64,000 nucleotides of DNA from a virus. The notes below the pieces were generated by a model. That model ran no database searches, was not told the origin of the DNA, and was given only the letters and a program-made list of their open reading frames with translations. Location of the stretch: the IMG/VR virus record IMGVR_UViG_3300032053_000038, positions 13,807-77,806 of that record; one strand, 5' to 3'. Shown here piece by piece: positions 9,125-19,829 of this stretch. Within the stretch, counting starts at the first letter, position 1. The number at the start of each line of letters is the position of its first letter. The position numbers and the translations under genes are program-made.

Positions 9125-10960
9125 TTAAGGATTTGTTATCAATACAAATCGTGTATGAGCCGGAACAATTTGTTTAATTAAGAATGAAATTATACTTAGG
9201 TCCAGAGTAAAGCCTGCCGGATTATTTAAAGTTATCAAAATAGAGAATCCAGTTTCAGTTCTATCATAGATGTTAGGTGTATATGACGGAACGGTCGGAA
9301 TTGTAGGATAGAGTGCAGGCTTTTCTGGTACATAGGTATAAATAGTATCTGTTGCATTATACAAGATGTAGAACGGGCCTTGCCCCGAATTAGCTGCATT
9401 AAATGTGACTTCACCTGTTGTAAAGTTTATTGAGTATTCTCCCACTGCAGGAGTAGAACTATAAGGCGAAGGTACAGATAATCCTGTTGTCTCAGTACCC
9501 CCGTTAGCAATACCTAATTTTAAATCAGCTGCTGCGGTGCCACCTAATATAACTACAGTACTCAACGTTGAATCTGTTCCAGATGCAAGAATATACTGAA
9601 GTGTCGCTGGTACAAATTCGACTATAAAATTGTCAAAAGCTATTTGATTAGCTGGAGTAACAGCTGTGAGAGCTTGTATCTTCGTTTGTATATCAGTAGC
9701 TATATCAAAGCCATTATTATCTATTGCTAGCGTAATAGTTTGAACTCCATCTCCATTAATATTAACAAAGAGAGTCTTTACTGAAGCTAGGGCAGTAGCA
9801 GCTCCAATTGCAGAAATAGATGACCCTCTAACAGAGGGAAGATTCCTAGGTATTTTCGATAATGTTATTTGAAACGGAAATAATCCTGGAACCGTAACGG
9901 TTTCACTCGTAGTCGTCTCCGCTGCTGTAATAAAATTAGCTAATTCTGAAAAAGGAGTAATAATAGGATCTACTCCCGTAAATGATCTACCAACAAACTT
10001 GATTGCGTTATAAGTCCCACCGATTAAAGAAGCCCTCCACATCGATTCAACAATATATCTATAATCAGTAAACTCCATTGAGTTTGACTTTAAGAATCCA
10101 AACTTTCGACCATACACATCATAAATACGCGCGTCACGCGTTCTCGCGGTTAAACCATCTTCCTGCGTCAGTGTCATTTCAAGATTAAGTAGATCAAACT
10201 CATTACCCAACATTTCATAAATAAAAGAAATATTCTTCGTTCTCTGACTCAAAGGTTTGAGAGCTTCTTCATATGGATAAACATGTCTATCAGGAAGTCC
10301 ATTAATAAGATCATCAGCAGCTGCACGAGTTGTATCTGGTAATGTTTGTAAGGATAGAGTAGACGACCAACTCGTAAAAGTTATTGGACCAGATTTTGAT
10401 CTCACTCTTGCATAGAATGGAATAGAATCATCTGTTCGAACGTAAATGGGTATGCTAAACCCTTTAACAACATTGCCTCGATGAAATTCTAAAATGTCTG
10501 TACTACCAACATCCACATATATAACTCGAATAGCAGCGCCGGCATTCGCAGCGTTGAAGGTTAAAATACCTGTAGACAAATCAACAAGATATTGACCGGC
10601 TGCCGGAGCAGTAGCTACCGGAGTAAACTTTGTAGTTCCACTCTCTACAACGAGAATTCTCTGAGGAATTAAACTTAAAGTTATAGTGTATGTAGGTACA
10701 GCCGGAATTGTGAAATCTTCTGTGCTAGTAGTATATGTAAATAAATTAACAGAATCAAAAGTAGAAACTTGATCTATTTGTAATTGAAAATCTAAATCTT
10801 TAAGAGTTGAAGTGAAAAAATTCTGATCGAAGGTCCACCTAAAAGTATAGATGTTATCCATATCAGTCCTAGTAAAATCTAGAGAGATAGGAACGTCTAC
10901 ACCTGTAGGTGAGAAGAAAGATCCAGAACCGTAAAAAGTACCGTCGCCGTAAAAGCTCAT
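9125..10960 (-). CDS. Baseplate wedge protein (P2 gpI / Mu gp48-like core with inserted domains)
   Basis: IYDVYGRKFGF...DYRYIV...GGTYNAIK core and C-terminal IKQIVPAHT, downstream of baseplate J. Confidence 0.7.
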   Translation of the reverse strand: MSFYGDGTFYGSGSFFSPTGVDVPISLDFTRTDMDNIYTFRWTFDQNFFTSTLKDLDFQLQIDQVSTFDSVNLFTYTTSTEDFTIPAVPTYTITLSLIPQRILVVESGTTKFTPVATAPAAGQYLVDLSTGILTFNAANAGAAIRVIYVDVGSTDILEFHRGNVVKGFSIPIYVRTDDSIPFYARVRSKSGPITFTSWSSTLSLQTLPDTTRAAADDLINGLPDRHVYPYEEALKPLSQRTKNISFIYEMLGNEFDLLNLEMTLTQEDGLTARTRDARIYDVYGRKFGFLKSNSMEFTDYRYIVESMWRASLIGGTYNAIKFVGRSFTGVDPIITPFSELANFITAAETTTSETVTVPGLFPFQITLSKIPRNLPSVRGSSISAIGAATALASVKTLFVNINGDGVQTITLAIDNNGFDIATDIQTKIQALTAVTPANQIAFDNFIVEFVPATLQYILASGTDSTLSTVVILGGTAAADLKLGIANGGTETTGLSVPSPYSSTPAVGEYSINFTTGEVTFNAANSGQGPFYILYNATDTIYTYVPEKPALYPTIPTVPSYTPNIYDRTETGFSILITLNNPAGFTLDLSIISFLIKQIVPAHTRFVLITNP

Positions 10961-10961
10961 G

Positions 10962-11846
10962 TTATCCCAGTATTACGATTGCTGTACCATTAAATCCTTT
11001 GAACTGACCGTCTACAACATTAAACCACATAACACCCGCATCAGTTGGGCCTAAGGAAGAAACGAAAGCCGTTTCATTTGGAGTAGTAGTTGAATCAATT
11101 GTTTGTAGTTGTACCCCTCCTGCATTTCTTACCTTGAAAAGAGTTGTCTTATCTGGAAATACATCATCTGTTGAAAGAAACTGCCAAGAATAATTCCCCA
11201 CAGCTTCATACCAGACTAACTGTGGATCTTTATTAGCTGCATAAGGAAATACCCGTTGAACCTCTATTCCTAAATAACTAGAGGTCGGCGCCGCCGATCC
11301 ACTATTAAGAAGAAGTATATCATCTGTAGTTTTTAAGATTTCAGTAACAGTTTCGTTGATTACTGAAACGTTTAGAGTCCCAGTAACAGTTACATCTCCA
11401 GGAAATGTAAAAGTTTGAGTCGCTGGGATATCCGGAACGATTCCATTCAACTTTGCATAGAAAGGAGCAAGAGGCGTTATAATATTATTGATGTGAGCAG
11501 CATCAATTACAGAGCCTATTCCATTATATGAAATAACAGCTTTCTTTCCCACGTCTCCAGTAAAGAAAGTAATTATCCCCGTGATATAGTCTACGGAAAA
11601 ATGATAAGTACTGGGAGTTGAAGAAAAAGTTTCAATAAAGGGAACAGCTGTATTCTGTTCAACAATAGTCACACCTGTTGGGATAGTGTTACTTAACTTC
11701 TGAGGGGCTTCTCTCAGAAGAACTGTCCCTGAAGCAGGAATAATATAAGTCTCTATGTAAGGCTGAAAGGAAGTTATAACTCTCTTATCATGAAGAGTTA
11801 ACAAAGAATCAGAACTTATTTCAGCTGGATCAAGATCAAAAGCCAT
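10962..11846 (-). CDS. Baseplate/fibre-associated structural protein
   Basis: Lies between gpJ- and gpI-like genes. Contains the VDYITGIITF domain and a C-terminus shared with 35165..35614. Confidence 0.55.
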   Translation of the reverse strand: MAFDLDPAEISSDSLLTLHDKRVITSFQPYIETYIIPASGTVLLREAPQKLSNTIPTGVTIVEQNTAVPFIETFSSTPSTYHFSVDYITGIITFFTGDVGKKAVISYNGIGSVIDAAHINNIITPLAPFYAKLNGIVPDIPATQTFTFPGDVTVTGTLNVSVINETVTEILKTTDDILLLNSGSAAPTSSYLGIEVQRVFPYAANKDPQLVWYEAVGNYSWQFLSTDDVFPDKTTLFKVRNAGGVQLQTIDSTTTPNETAFVSSLGPTDAGVMWFNVVDGQFKGFNGTAIVILG

Positions 11847-11860
11847 ACTTGAATCTCCCG

Positions 11861-13300
11861 TTAAACAATTACGAGAACATCTGGACGAGCATATTCCGTT
11901 CTAGAAATTAAAATGTCTGTTACAGTTATAAATGCGGGATCTGTTGGTCTCTTTACTTCAATTAGCAATGTGGTCGTATCTACAGAGTCAACTCCAGGAG
12001 TATTTTGAATGTTAGTAATAACATCAGATCTGTCAACTTTTTCCCCAAGCAACTTACTATTTAAAAGATTACTTAAGTTAGTCGTTGCTTCTGTAACTAC
12101 GTCAGCGTGAACATATCCAGCTAAGTTAGTAATAGAAGCATTAACTTTCACTAAAACTTTAACTGCTTCTCTCACTTCAACATCAGTACCTATAATCTTA
12201 GTGTCATCAGAATCTAGAGAGGATTGTAGACTCGTCACTAAACTATTAACCTCATACAATACGCTAAAAGAACTACCTACATCAGGATAAGGACCTCCCA
12301 AGAATCTTATCTTTGTTTTAGCATGAGTAGTCCCGCCCGTTAAAGATGTGGTATCAAAAACTACTGAATAATGAGTATCTTTAATAAATGTAAAAGCTAC
12401 GCTACTCGCAACGCCTGTAATAGTATCTCCTACAGCAACAATAGGCTGCTGACTCAAAACATATTCAAGTGCATCTGCTGTAAAGGTTCTAGATTCAGTA
12501 ACTTCTTGGAGAATTTGTCCAATAATAACTACATCCGCTGCATTTCCAAATTGGTCACGTGTTAATTCAATATCACCAGGTCTTACCATTAAAGAATCAA
12601 CTACTGAGGCATTCTGATTAATTAGTGATAAAATACCGTTTGCAGTTCCAATATTATTTCCTACAAGCTTAGTGTTAATACGACTTAATAAGACTGCGTC
12701 TGTTTCAACGTCCGCACCTCCAGATGTTGAAAGAGTGTTAGTAATAAGTAAACTCCCCGACAGAGACGTAACTATAGTATCAATGGCACCCACCGCCACA
12801 TTTCCAGAAGCGCCTGCTTGAGTAGCTTGAATAGGAACATTTAACTCAAAATATCCCGTAACAGGATTAAAATAAGAATCAGCATTAACCGCCAGAAAGG
12901 TACGTGTAGTAGTTGTCTGAAACGTTATAATGTCCGGAGATAAAGTAGTTGGAGAAGTACTAACTTCTGTACTAATAGGAACAGAAATATCAGATGACGC
13001 TGTCGAAAAGGTTCGAAGACGAAATATTGCTGTACCTGATGACTGAACTCCCGGCTCGCGCGTTAGCCCTATATTATTAGCATAAGCTGTTAGTTGATCA
13101 GATGTCCAAACAGTCGCATCAGTTAAGGTTTGTTGTATTTGAACATCATTTATAGAGGTATAGGCTGTATTAAATTCGTTAGCTGGCGATTCAATTACAA
13201 CGTCTCTAGTAACAGTTCCTTCCAGCGTTGAGAGCGCAGGAATTTTTGTTGCTATAAAAGCTATAGCTGTATCTATGATCTGACCTAAAGTTCTAATCAT
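11861..13300 (-). CDS. Baseplate J-like wedge protein
   Basis: GTVTRD, LTAYANNIGLTR, GASGNVAVGAI, GGADVETDAVLLSRI, GTANG and IQNTPGVDSV motifs. Confidence 0.9.
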   Translation of the reverse strand: MIRTLGQIIDTAIAFIATKIPALSTLEGTVTRDVVIESPANEFNTAYTSINDVQIQQTLTDATVWTSDQLTAYANNIGLTREPGVQSSGTAIFRLRTFSTASSDISVPISTEVSTSPTTLSPDIITFQTTTTRTFLAVNADSYFNPVTGYFELNVPIQATQAGASGNVAVGAIDTIVTSLSGSLLITNTLSTSGGADVETDAVLLSRINTKLVGNNIGTANGILSLINQNASVVDSLMVRPGDIELTRDQFGNAADVVIIGQILQEVTESRTFTADALEYVLSQQPIVAVGDTITGVASSVAFTFIKDTHYSVVFDTTSLTGGTTHAKTKIRFLGGPYPDVGSSFSVLYEVNSLVTSLQSSLDSDDTKIIGTDVEVREAVKVLVKVNASITNLAGYVHADVVTEATTNLSNLLNSKLLGEKVDRSDVITNIQNTPGVDSVDTTTLLIEVKRPTDPAFITVTDILISRTEYARPDVLVIV

Positions 13301-13310
13301 TGTTTTAGCC

Positions 13311-13769
13311 CTATGTAAGCTGTAAGACTAGAGAAGCAACAGACCTACCCGTTTTTGTAATAACATTGAAGCTTACGTCTATGCGGTCAATAGCAGTTTG
13401 TTGTATTCTCATAGAAGTTAAAGTATCAACTTGTTCATCTAAATTAGAATTATTTCTATTAATAAATTGATAGATACGAAGGGCGTCAATAATTTCTGTC
13501 TTAATCTTAGCCCTTAAAAAGTCTATTTCCAGATTGTTACCAATTAAAGATTGTAGTCCAGAACCATATAACGCAAAGAAGGTATTTGCCCCTTGCTCGG
13601 TCACAAGAATCTTTGCAGTTGATTGTTTAAGACATTCAACGCCCTGTACCAATGCAAAGTCGCCATTTTGTACTAAAAGGTCGTTTTCGCCCTGACCCCA
13701 GAATGTCGGAGACTGTCCAACATGGAGAGGATTATTTGAGTCTTTTTGAGTTCGTAGATATAAATCCAT
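13311..13769 (-). CDS. gp25/gpW-like baseplate wedge (sheath initiator)
   Basis: GDFALVQGVECLKQ..KILVTEQG..YGSGL motif, size, and position upstream of gpJ. Confidence 0.8.
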   Translation of the reverse strand: MDLYLRTQKDSNNPLHVGQSPTFWGQGENDLLVQNGDFALVQGVECLKQSTAKILVTEQGANTFFALYGSGLQSLIGNNLEIDFLRAKIKTEIIDALRIYQFINRNNSNLDEQVDTLTSMRIQQTAIDRIDVSFNVITKTGRSVASLVLQLT

Positions 13770-13771
13770 AA

Positions 13772-14410
13772 TTATAATTTTGAAGAAGCTTCTTTCACCA
13801 GATCATCTGTATACTTAATAGTAGTAGTAACTAAAAATTGTAAAAATTCAATCTGTATTTTTAAAAGATCAATAAGAGCTGTTAACTTTTCTACTTGTTT
13901 CACTCTTCTTCGTATTTCAAATTCAAGGCGTTTAATCTTATTCTTGTAAGAGTTATATCCTTTAACATATTTATTATTACTAAGTGCTGAAGGCATCGAC
14001 GGTTTAGGTATTAACTTTTTAATTGTTTTTACAACAAATTGAACTGGAGGACAATCAGCAAATTCTTTAAAGGGATATTGCCCGCCAAAATTCCCACCAG
14101 TTACCTTACTTGCTGCCCCCCTGTATAAACTAATTGCGCTTGATGTTAACTGATTAAGAAGATTTAATTGATTTACTAAAAGCTGCACAGCTGTAAGAGT
14201 CGCGGTAGCAGTTGATAATAGTCCGTTTAAAAAAGAAGTAAACTGAGATAATAAAGCTGGATTTTTAGCTAAAAGTATGAGAAACTGCTTTAAACATAAC
14301 AGTTTAGCCAACCCGTCAAAGGCGGCTAGAGCAACAGTAGCTACTGCCCCATACTGTCGTTTGATCTCTTTTACCTTAGTATCTAATTCTTTTACTATAT
14401 CTTCAGCCAT
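13772..14410 (-). CDS. Hypothetical helical/coiled-coil baseplate-region protein
   Basis: 212-aa ORF translationally coupled to the spike gene. Confidence 0.5.
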   Translation of the reverse strand: MAEDIVKELDTKVKEIKRQYGAVATVALAAFDGLAKLLCLKQFLILLAKNPALLSQFTSFLNGLLSTATATLTAVQLLVNQLNLLNQLTSSAISLYRGAASKVTGGNFGGQYPFKEFADCPPVQFVVKTIKKLIPKPSMPSALSNNKYVKGYNSYKNKIKRLEFEIRRRVKQVEKLTALIDLLKIQIEFLQFLVTTTIKYTDDLVKEASSKL

Positions 14411-15504
14411 TAGCCTATACTCGTTATAATACCATTAGTTACCATTACAGGTCCACTTAAAGAAGCAAATGATCCGGTAACTCCCGGAAGAGTTCCAACA
14501 AGTAATGTCCCCGGAGCTATTGGTAATGATACTATTCCTAAAAATTCAGCTGCCCCGCCTACAAAAAGATTACCAGTAATTTCTGTAGCACCTACAGTAA
14601 GAGTATTACCTACAAATGTAGATAGTCCTTCTACAGTAAACGCCCCCGAGAAGTTTATAACAGGAGCAACTACAGCGAAGGCAGCTTCTAACATTCCGAT
14701 AAAAGTAGGTCCCACAATCTTCGTCCCTAAAGGATTAATAGTTAATTCGGATGCAGCTATCATTGCTCTTAAAGTAATCTGTGGGGCTAATGGTGTCGTA
14801 ATTCCTGGAATAGGATTATAAGAAATTCCAGAAAGAAGGACCAAGTTAAGAGGATCAGTTATACCTAAACTTATAGCGCCACCGGAAGATACATCTCCTA
14901 TTTCTATTCTACTTATAAAAGTATCTAAAACAGGATCTTTATATCCCCAGGTAGATGTAGTCGCTCCCAGTAAATTAGGTCGAATAACAAATGCATGTGT
15001 TCCAGTAAGAAGACCCGTTCCTTGAATTGTAACAGTGTTTCCAAATATATCGACGGAGTCAGACGAATCATTTACAGATATCTGATTAGCCATCGTTCCG
15101 GAATATAAAGAAACATCACCGCAGTTTTTAGCCCAGAATAATCCTCCCTCTGTCGGAGGAAAATCATCATCATTGCCTGCAGCTTGTATAGCTACTTCTC
15201 CGGGAAGAAATGTTTGCTCCCCAGTCTCTATTTCATCCTCTGCAGTATCTCTATCTATAGGAGAAGAAACTGGAGTTGGATCACTCAGTAGACAAACGAA
15301 TTTAGCAATAGAAGCAGAATCACAATAGAATAAAATTTTTGAGCCAATCTTATATTGTTCTTGGCGTGAAACTGTAATGGGTAGTTGTACTTCCTGAACT
15401 TCGAAGCCCATTGTTGTTTGAACAGAAAGGGAGGTTGAATTATCAGAAGCCCCTTTTTGTGGGCGATTTATTCGGGATACATACCCTTCGAAAAATTGAA
15501 TCAT
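14410..15504 (-). CDS. Baseplate central spike (gpV/gp5-like)
   Basis: N-terminal OB-fold-like region, LPGEVAI motif, G/T/V-rich beta-helix C-terminus, and position between hub and gp25. Confidence 0.6.
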   Translation of the reverse strand: MIQFFEGYVSRINRPQKGASDNSTSLSVQTTMGFEVQEVQLPITVSRQEQYKIGSKILFYCDSASIAKFVCLLSDPTPVSSPIDRDTAEDEIETGEQTFLPGEVAIQAAGNDDDFPPTEGGLFWAKNCGDVSLYSGTMANQISVNDSSDSVDIFGNTVTIQGTGLLTGTHAFVIRPNLLGATTSTWGYKDPVLDTFISRIEIGDVSSGGAISLGITDPLNLVLLSGISYNPIPGITTPLAPQITLRAMIAASELTINPLGTKIVGPTFIGMLEAAFAVVAPVINFSGAFTVEGLSTFVGNTLTVGATEITGNLFVGGAAEFLGIVSLPIAPGTLLVGTLPGVTGSFASLSGPVMVTNGIITSIG

Positions 15505-18500
15505 TTATTTAGAATACCAGGCTCCAGGTAATCCTCCATTGGGCCCCAAACCTGGATCGTGACTAATCATTTTAGCTGGAGACCCTGGAGTAGCTGGCTT
15601 TATTTGCTTCAAAATTGATTGCATGACCAACGCTTCCTTAGTGGGCGCTATTTTAGTACTTGGAGTAGATGGTTTATCATCTACAGAGCCTCCAAATTTT
15701 TCAATGATGTCACTAAGATAAGGTAGCTTCCTAAAAGGTTCTCCCGAACCAACAGCATCCCTTACTGCATGTAGACTAAAGGATGTAGTATATGACCCGC
15801 CAACAACTAGATTTTTTACTACACTTGTAATATAACCAAACTTACCTTTCTCAAAATCAAAGTAGGTTTTACCTACTTGTATACTGGGATCACCAACACA
15901 TTGTACTTCCCCATAAAATCTATTCATATTTTTAAATTCTAAAAAGAAACGACAATACTCAAAAATACCATTAAGATAACTAGTAGTAGTCAGACCGGAA
16001 GATTTCAATTCTTTTTTAAACGGTTTCATTCTTACGTTTGGATTAACCTGAACAACGTCGGTAAAAAGACCATACTGAGAGAGAATCTTCCCATTAGTGT
16101 AGTGATAGTATAAAAATGGAGCAACTAGTCCAATTAAATCTACACCGGGGCCGGCTATGTGTTGTTTTGCTATAAAATTATAGGCGTCTTCAGCATAAGA
16201 CGTACGTATTATATTAAGATGAATAGAAGAAATCATATTTCCCATTAGATGATTTGGATCATAGGGATCGGTTTCATTCCACTGGGGAGCTCTAAGAATG
16301 ATTCTTCCTCCAGGAGTTTCAAAGAATTCTAAGTAAGACGATGTTTTAACATCATTCATTATTTCCCAAGGAGTCTTCATCTCAGGAATATAAGAACCCA
16401 GCGAACTATTTAAGAATAGAAAGTAAGGTTTAAAACCCTCTGTTCTTTTAAAGTCAACCATTTCAAGAGTACTTCCACCGGCAGCATCACATTCTTTTTG
16501 ATGTTTGGTAGTTTGGTGAATTTGAAAATTCGCAGAAGCGTACGCCGCTTTCGTCGGTACCCTTACATTAAACTTACGCATGCGCATTACATTCGCATAT
16601 AAAAACATAGGTAAGTTAAATAATAACTTACTGCCCTCCAGATTTAAATTACCATTTTTATTTTTATATTGATTAAGAAAAATCATATCTGAGATATCAA
16701 AAACGGCCGCGATCTCTTCAATACCGTCCAAATTGCTACTATCTCGAATATACGGTCCATTTAATAAAGCATCTCTACTCTTATAAAATGTCAAGTTCTT
16801 TTCAATAGCCTCCTTTTCAGCCGCCGCTTCATGAAGAGCCTGAAGTTGCTTACCCAAAATAACTAAAATCCCCTGGGGTGGAGTAGTATCCGTAGCAGGA
16901 GTTTCTATGCTAGAAATTGCCCGGTCAACAAAAGTTAAAAGTTCCACTACACCGTTAGAAGGAGAAGACAAAGCTGCATTATTGTAATCCGATAGATAGG
17001 CTTTCAAAGTTGCTATTTTATTATAAACGGTATTACTCATTGGAACAGTAATGGGGAGTTGCCGGAAAAGGAGTTCGGGTGTAGCTTCAGGGGGCTGAAA
17101 GATTACTAACTCCCGAGTCTTAGTAGTTACGACGCTAGGACGATAAGGAGTAGGGCCAGCCAGATTATCCCCTCTATTTTCTGTAGTTTCTATAGGCAAA
17201 TCAGGATAGGCCAAGAGTGTATCTATTTTATTAACTAATGCTGTAGTATCAGCTATAAGATTATTATTTTGTAAATTAGGTGTTAAACCCGCTTGTGTAA
17301 ACAGTGGTCTAATACTTTGCAAAAAAGCTAAAAGACCTGCGGCATTATTATAAGAAACATCTTCTTTGCGAAGTTCCTGTGTAGTAAGTATTCTTGCTGC
17401 GGTAGAGGTCTTACCTAAGTCTCTTATCTTGAGCTTGTATACACCTTCAAGAAGCAATTCTAAAATTTCATTTGGAGCTAAATCTGCAAATAGATTTTGG
17501 AAGACAGTAAAGAGGTCGTCTCCCATCGCCTCAGCAGCATCGAAGATAGTCTTCTGCCAGATTGTCGTATTAAATAACCGACGTGAAGCGGCAAATAATC
17601 CAAGACCACCCTCTCCAGTAATATTTAATAGATTAACTTTTCCAGAAACTTCCATGGAAGATTTCTTCTTGACAAATCCAGTAAACTCTGGTTCGTACAA
17701 CGAGAAATATTGGTCAACCACCTCAGGAATTACCTTCTGCAAAGGATAATATAAAAAGTTAGCTTCCTTATCAAAGAAATCTGGATCCATTTGCAATAAA
17801 AGATCTTCAAAGGATGTCGGAGAAATAGGCCACTTATAAACAAAAATGCTTAAAACATCATATTTCTGTACCAAATCACTTAAAGCAATTCCATCGACCT
17901 CCGGATTAGTTATGCTCTTTAGAAAAGCTATTCTTATTTTCTCGCTTGTATCTAGTTTAAATTCATCTTGAAGAATTTGTACACCGTTCAAGATTGAAAC
18001 AGCACGAAACGGAGCACCTTCGAAATAGATTTTTTTACTTTCAAGGAGCTTTATAAGAGATTCATGAGGTGACAATCCCCTAAAAAGATCAATACAGCCC
18101 CTTCTAACAGCTAAATCTTTAATTCCCCTTAAACGAATTGCCAGCTCTATCCGGTCAATATCTCTATCGTAATGATCCCCATCATCAACAGATTGATAAG
18201 TAGCTATTCTCTCAATTAAAATATCAGGATCTAATTCAGAAACTAATTCCCCAGAAATAGGATCGTTATTACGGTAGCTTCTGCCTTCGGGAGATATTGG
18301 GGCTGTTGGAACTGTTGGAGTATATTCTTGAACTGGACCTACAAAAGTTCCTTGAGAAGGCCCTTCAGGACCCACAGGACCCGATGACACTTCCTCTGCG
18401 TAGTTTCCTTTTTCGTCAGGAAAAAAAATAGGGCGTCTTATAGCGTTTGGCGTATCCATCCTTAGTTGATTCATCGGAATAATGACATCCTGTAATGAAA

Positions 18501-19323
18501 CAACCCAATTAATAGTACCAGATGATAAATCTTGTCTTGTATTGTAGCTAGTTACAAATTGTGAAATATCAAAACGAGAAAGATCCTTTGTGTGTAAGTC
18601 GTGAGCAAATTTAACAACTTTAAATTGGGAGCGATCAGCAGCTAAACCTGCTGCAACTGCCTTTGCTGCGTCAACACTGCTCTGACTCTTCAGCAATTCT
18701 TTATCTAAAGTGTTTAATGTAGCTATGGCGCGATTATCTAAGAAGTAAAGAAGATGTGTAATTGTAGCCTCGGTAAATTTATCAAACCTTCCCTTACCAC
18801 TCCCTACCCAATATGAAACAGAATATTTAATATTATCAACTAGAGCTGTCCAATCATTAGTAAGAGGAGAATAAGTTAGAACACCCGGCTGTCCTTGTAC
18901 AGGCGTTTTCTTTATTGTAATCGAAGAAATATTTTCCGTAGTTATTACTAAGTATTTGGTACCGGCAACATCATTCCAAGATAGAAAAGTTCTATAGACG
19001 ACATCCAGTCTTTCTATTAAAGGTTCTATATGAATAGGGCTATAAGGCAGAACTAAATCATTAAGTGCTCGCTGAATATTCTTCAACTCCTTACTTAAAG
19101 TAGCAATGTTTACACGCAAAGTTTGCGCCTTATTAGCAACAGTCCTTATAGCATTATAATTCGCCGTAGCTGCTTTAATGGCATCACTCTGCATGTCAGG
19201 GCGTACTTTACCCTTACCAAGTTTGGTAAAATCGGGCGAGAATTTATAAAGGTATGCTCTTACCTTTAGATATTGAGCGGCATCAAACGTCGATAGCTGT
19301 TCAAACGTTGGTGAGGTTTCCAT
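15505..19323 (-). CDS. Large baseplate hub protein (gp27/gpD-like with insertions)
   Basis: DISQFVTSYNT, EFTGFV, LEFFETPGGRIILRAP, GDPSIQVG, GYITSV..SYTTSFSL motifs and position after the tape measure gene. Confidence 0.65.
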   Translation of the reverse strand: METSPTFEQLSTFDAAQYLKVRAYLYKFSPDFTKLGKGKVRPDMQSDAIKAATANYNAIRTVANKAQTLRVNIATLSKELKNIQRALNDLVLPYSPIHIEPLIERLDVVYRTFLSWNDVAGTKYLVITTENISSITIKKTPVQGQPGVLTYSPLTNDWTALVDNIKYSVSYWVGSGKGRFDKFTEATITHLLYFLDNRAIATLNTLDKELLKSQSSVDAAKAVAAGLAADRSQFKVVKFAHDLHTKDLSRFDISQFVTSYNTRQDLSSGTINWVVSLQDVIIPMNQLRMDTPNAIRRPIFFPDEKGNYAEEVSSGPVGPEGPSQGTFVGPVQEYTPTVPTAPISPEGRSYRNNDPISGELVSELDPDILIERIATYQSVDDGDHYDRDIDRIELAIRLRGIKDLAVRRGCIDLFRGLSPHESLIKLLESKKIYFEGAPFRAVSILNGVQILQDEFKLDTSEKIRIAFLKSITNPEVDGIALSDLVQKYDVLSIFVYKWPISPTSFEDLLLQMDPDFFDKEANFLYYPLQKVIPEVVDQYFSLYEPEFTGFVKKKSSMEVSGKVNLLNITGEGGLGLFAASRRLFNTTIWQKTIFDAAEAMGDDLFTVFQNLFADLAPNEILELLLEGVYKLKIRDLGKTSTAARILTTQELRKEDVSYNNAAGLLAFLQSIRPLFTQAGLTPNLQNNNLIADTTALVNKIDTLLAYPDLPIETTENRGDNLAGPTPYRPSVVTTKTRELVIFQPPEATPELLFRQLPITVPMSNTVYNKIATLKAYLSDYNNAALSSPSNGVVELLTFVDRAISSIETPATDTTPPQGILVILGKQLQALHEAAAEKEAIEKNLTFYKSRDALLNGPYIRDSSNLDGIEEIAAVFDISDMIFLNQYKNKNGNLNLEGSKLLFNLPMFLYANVMRMRKFNVRVPTKAAYASANFQIHQTTKHQKECDAAGGSTLEMVDFKRTEGFKPYFLFLNSSLGSYIPEMKTPWEIMNDVKTSSYLEFFETPGGRIILRAPQWNETDPYDPNHLMGNMISSIHLNIIRTSYAEDAYNFIAKQHIAGPGVDLIGLVAPFLYYHYTNGKILSQYGLFTDVVQVNPNVRMKPFKKELKSSGLTTTSYLNGIFEYCRFFLEFKNMNRFYGEVQCVGDPSIQVGKTYFDFEKGKFGYITSVVKNLVVGGSYTTSFSLHAVRDAVGSGEPFRKLPYLSDIIEKFGGSVDDKPSTPSTKIAPTKEALVMQSILKQIKPATPGSPAKMISHDPGLGPNGGLPGAWYSK

Positions 19324-19827
19324 TTAAATAAATTTTCCCAGAGTCTTATTTAGTGCGTTTGAGGCTCTCGCAATAGGTGCGTTAATATTTTCTTCAAGGA
19401 AATCTTGAGCTTCTCCAACAATACCACTAGGCTGAAGAGAAAGATCGTGAATATTAAAAGACTGTCCAGCTAATAACTGAAAGTTAATTTCGTAAGGAAA
19501 TCGTAAGAAATTATCAAGAGAGTGGCCTACTGTCAAATTAGTTATAAAACCTTTATAAGCGGTTAACTTATAGTAGAGCTCGCTTAAATTATTTGTAGTA
19601 GTATATTCAAAGTTACTCTTAAGAGATAATAATTCACTATATGCGGATTCTCCCGCTGACCAACCAGTAATAACTATCATCTCAGGCTGACTATACCAAA
19701 TTTGATATATGATTCCTCCTTGAGTTTGGAGATTTCCATATACCAAAGGGCTTGTAACTCTGATGCTTCTAGGGTTTACAAGAAACTTGACGCCATTTAT
19801 AATTAACGGAAATTTGGTATTAGACAT
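19324..19827 (-). CDS. Tail tube initiator / baseplate tube-like protein
   Basis: FLVNPRSI..QTQGG..YKGFITNL..FPYEINF pattern, immediately after the tape measure gene. Confidence 0.55.
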   Translation of the reverse strand: MSNTKFPLIINGVKFLVNPRSIRVTSPLVYGNLQTQGGIIYQIWYSQPEMIVITGWSAGESAYSELLSLKSNFEYTTTNNLSELYYKLTAYKGFITNLTVGHSLDNFLRFPYEINFQLLAGQSFNIHDLSLQPSGIVGEAQDFLEENINAPIARASNALNKTLGKFI

Positions 19828-19829
19828 AA